Assembly (NCBI GenBank): GCA_963749655.1 | Contig: CAVVOB010000016.1 | Coordinates: 1 to 64,000, forward strand | DNA: 64,000 nucleotides | Reading direction: 5' to 3' | Source: Nitrospirota bacterium | Lineage (GTDB): Bacteria; Nitrospirota; UBA9217 | Shown: positions 63,629 to 64,000 of the stretch, one piece after another | How the letters are laid out: each line of letters opens with the position of its first letter | Numbering within the stretch: the stretch's first letter is position 1 | Notes under the pieces: model-generated | What the model was told of the DNA's origin: nothing | The model's database searches: none | Seen by the model: only the letters and a program-made list of their open reading frames with translations | Translations under genes and position numbers: made by a program

Positions 63629-64000
63629 CTAACCGATCTTTCCAAAGGGACAGACCGGATACCTGCACACGTCGCATTTCATGCAGAGTCCGCCATGGCC
63701 CAGCTCGGCCAACTCTTTGCGTCCGATCCGTTCTCCGGCAAGTACCCGCGGAAGTATCAGATCGAAAATCGTGGTTTTTGCATACATTCCGCAGGCGGGA
63801 ATGCCGAGGATGGGGATTAATTCGGAATGCGGAATTCGGAATGCGGAATGTGCGTCTTGTGCTTGTTCGAATTCCCCATTCCGCATTCGCCATGCCGCAT
63901 TATCGATGTATCCCACCAGAAACATAGCTCCCGGCAGAACAGCCGAACCATAGGTAATGTCCGTGGCGCCCAGCTCCCGGATCGCGAACCGCGTCACATC
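63629..64000 (-). CDS. Molybdopterin-binding (MoeA/CinA-like) protein, 3' part, with a 28-aa in-frame repeat insertion
   Basis: YGSAVLPGAMFL...GIPACGMY..TTIFDLILPRVLAGE...LGHGGLC..C..C.YP.CPFGK. Confidence 0.88.
   Translation of the reverse strand, partial: DVTRFAIRELGATDITYGSAVLPGAMFLVGYIDNAAWRMRNGEFEQAQDAHSAFRIPHSELIPILGIPACGMYAKTTIFDLILPRVLAGERIGRKELAELGHGGLCMKCDVCRYPVCPFGKIG
63818..63901. repeat. Inverted GGAATGC/GCATTCC heptamer arrays inside the coding sequence
   Basis: TTCGGAATGCGGAATTCGGAATGCGGAATG ... CATTCCGCATTCGCCATGCCGCATT; 84 nt. Confidence 0.8.

Overview
GC-rich bacterial chromosomal segment. Gene content and repeat style suggest an anaerobic Nitrospirota/Desulfobacterota-type organism (inference only). 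About 15 genes carry single-base frameshifts, most likely long-read assembly errors. Left to right: 3' end of ftsH; signalling genes; an orphan MdtB/C-type RND pump; a sigma54-type DsrE gene; SRPBCC/VOC/LtrA genes; an AraC-linked redox cluster (AKR, Zn-ADH, CMD, flavodoxin, hydrolase); a long minus-strand run of small accessory genes including a UGA-recoded PrdB/GrdB-like selenoprotein and arsM; two TetR-linked efflux operons; cytochrome c peroxidase; a 7-heme lipoprotein; a phosphorelay; a Thermus-type Rieske/cytochrome b operon flanked by two pentaheme cytochromes; and an 11-kb arsenic/thiol-redox island (ArsR, Acr3, two ArsP-type permeases, thioredoxins, CcdA, FmdE, TauE, Cys-bearing ECF sigma). 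Strongest non-obvious signals: (1) a promoter motif TGTATC-N16/17-CGTCTAT found three times, once directly behind the ECF sigma gene and once ahead of the arsM unit, suggesting an undescribed ECF regulon; (2) the Sec codon with a SECIS-like hairpin; (3) a 20-aa peptide MKIRAKKRFSVICHCWWNGW missed by the ORF track; (4) an 84-nt palindromic heptamer repeat inserted in frame in a gene; (5) several families of nested miniature palindromic elements.
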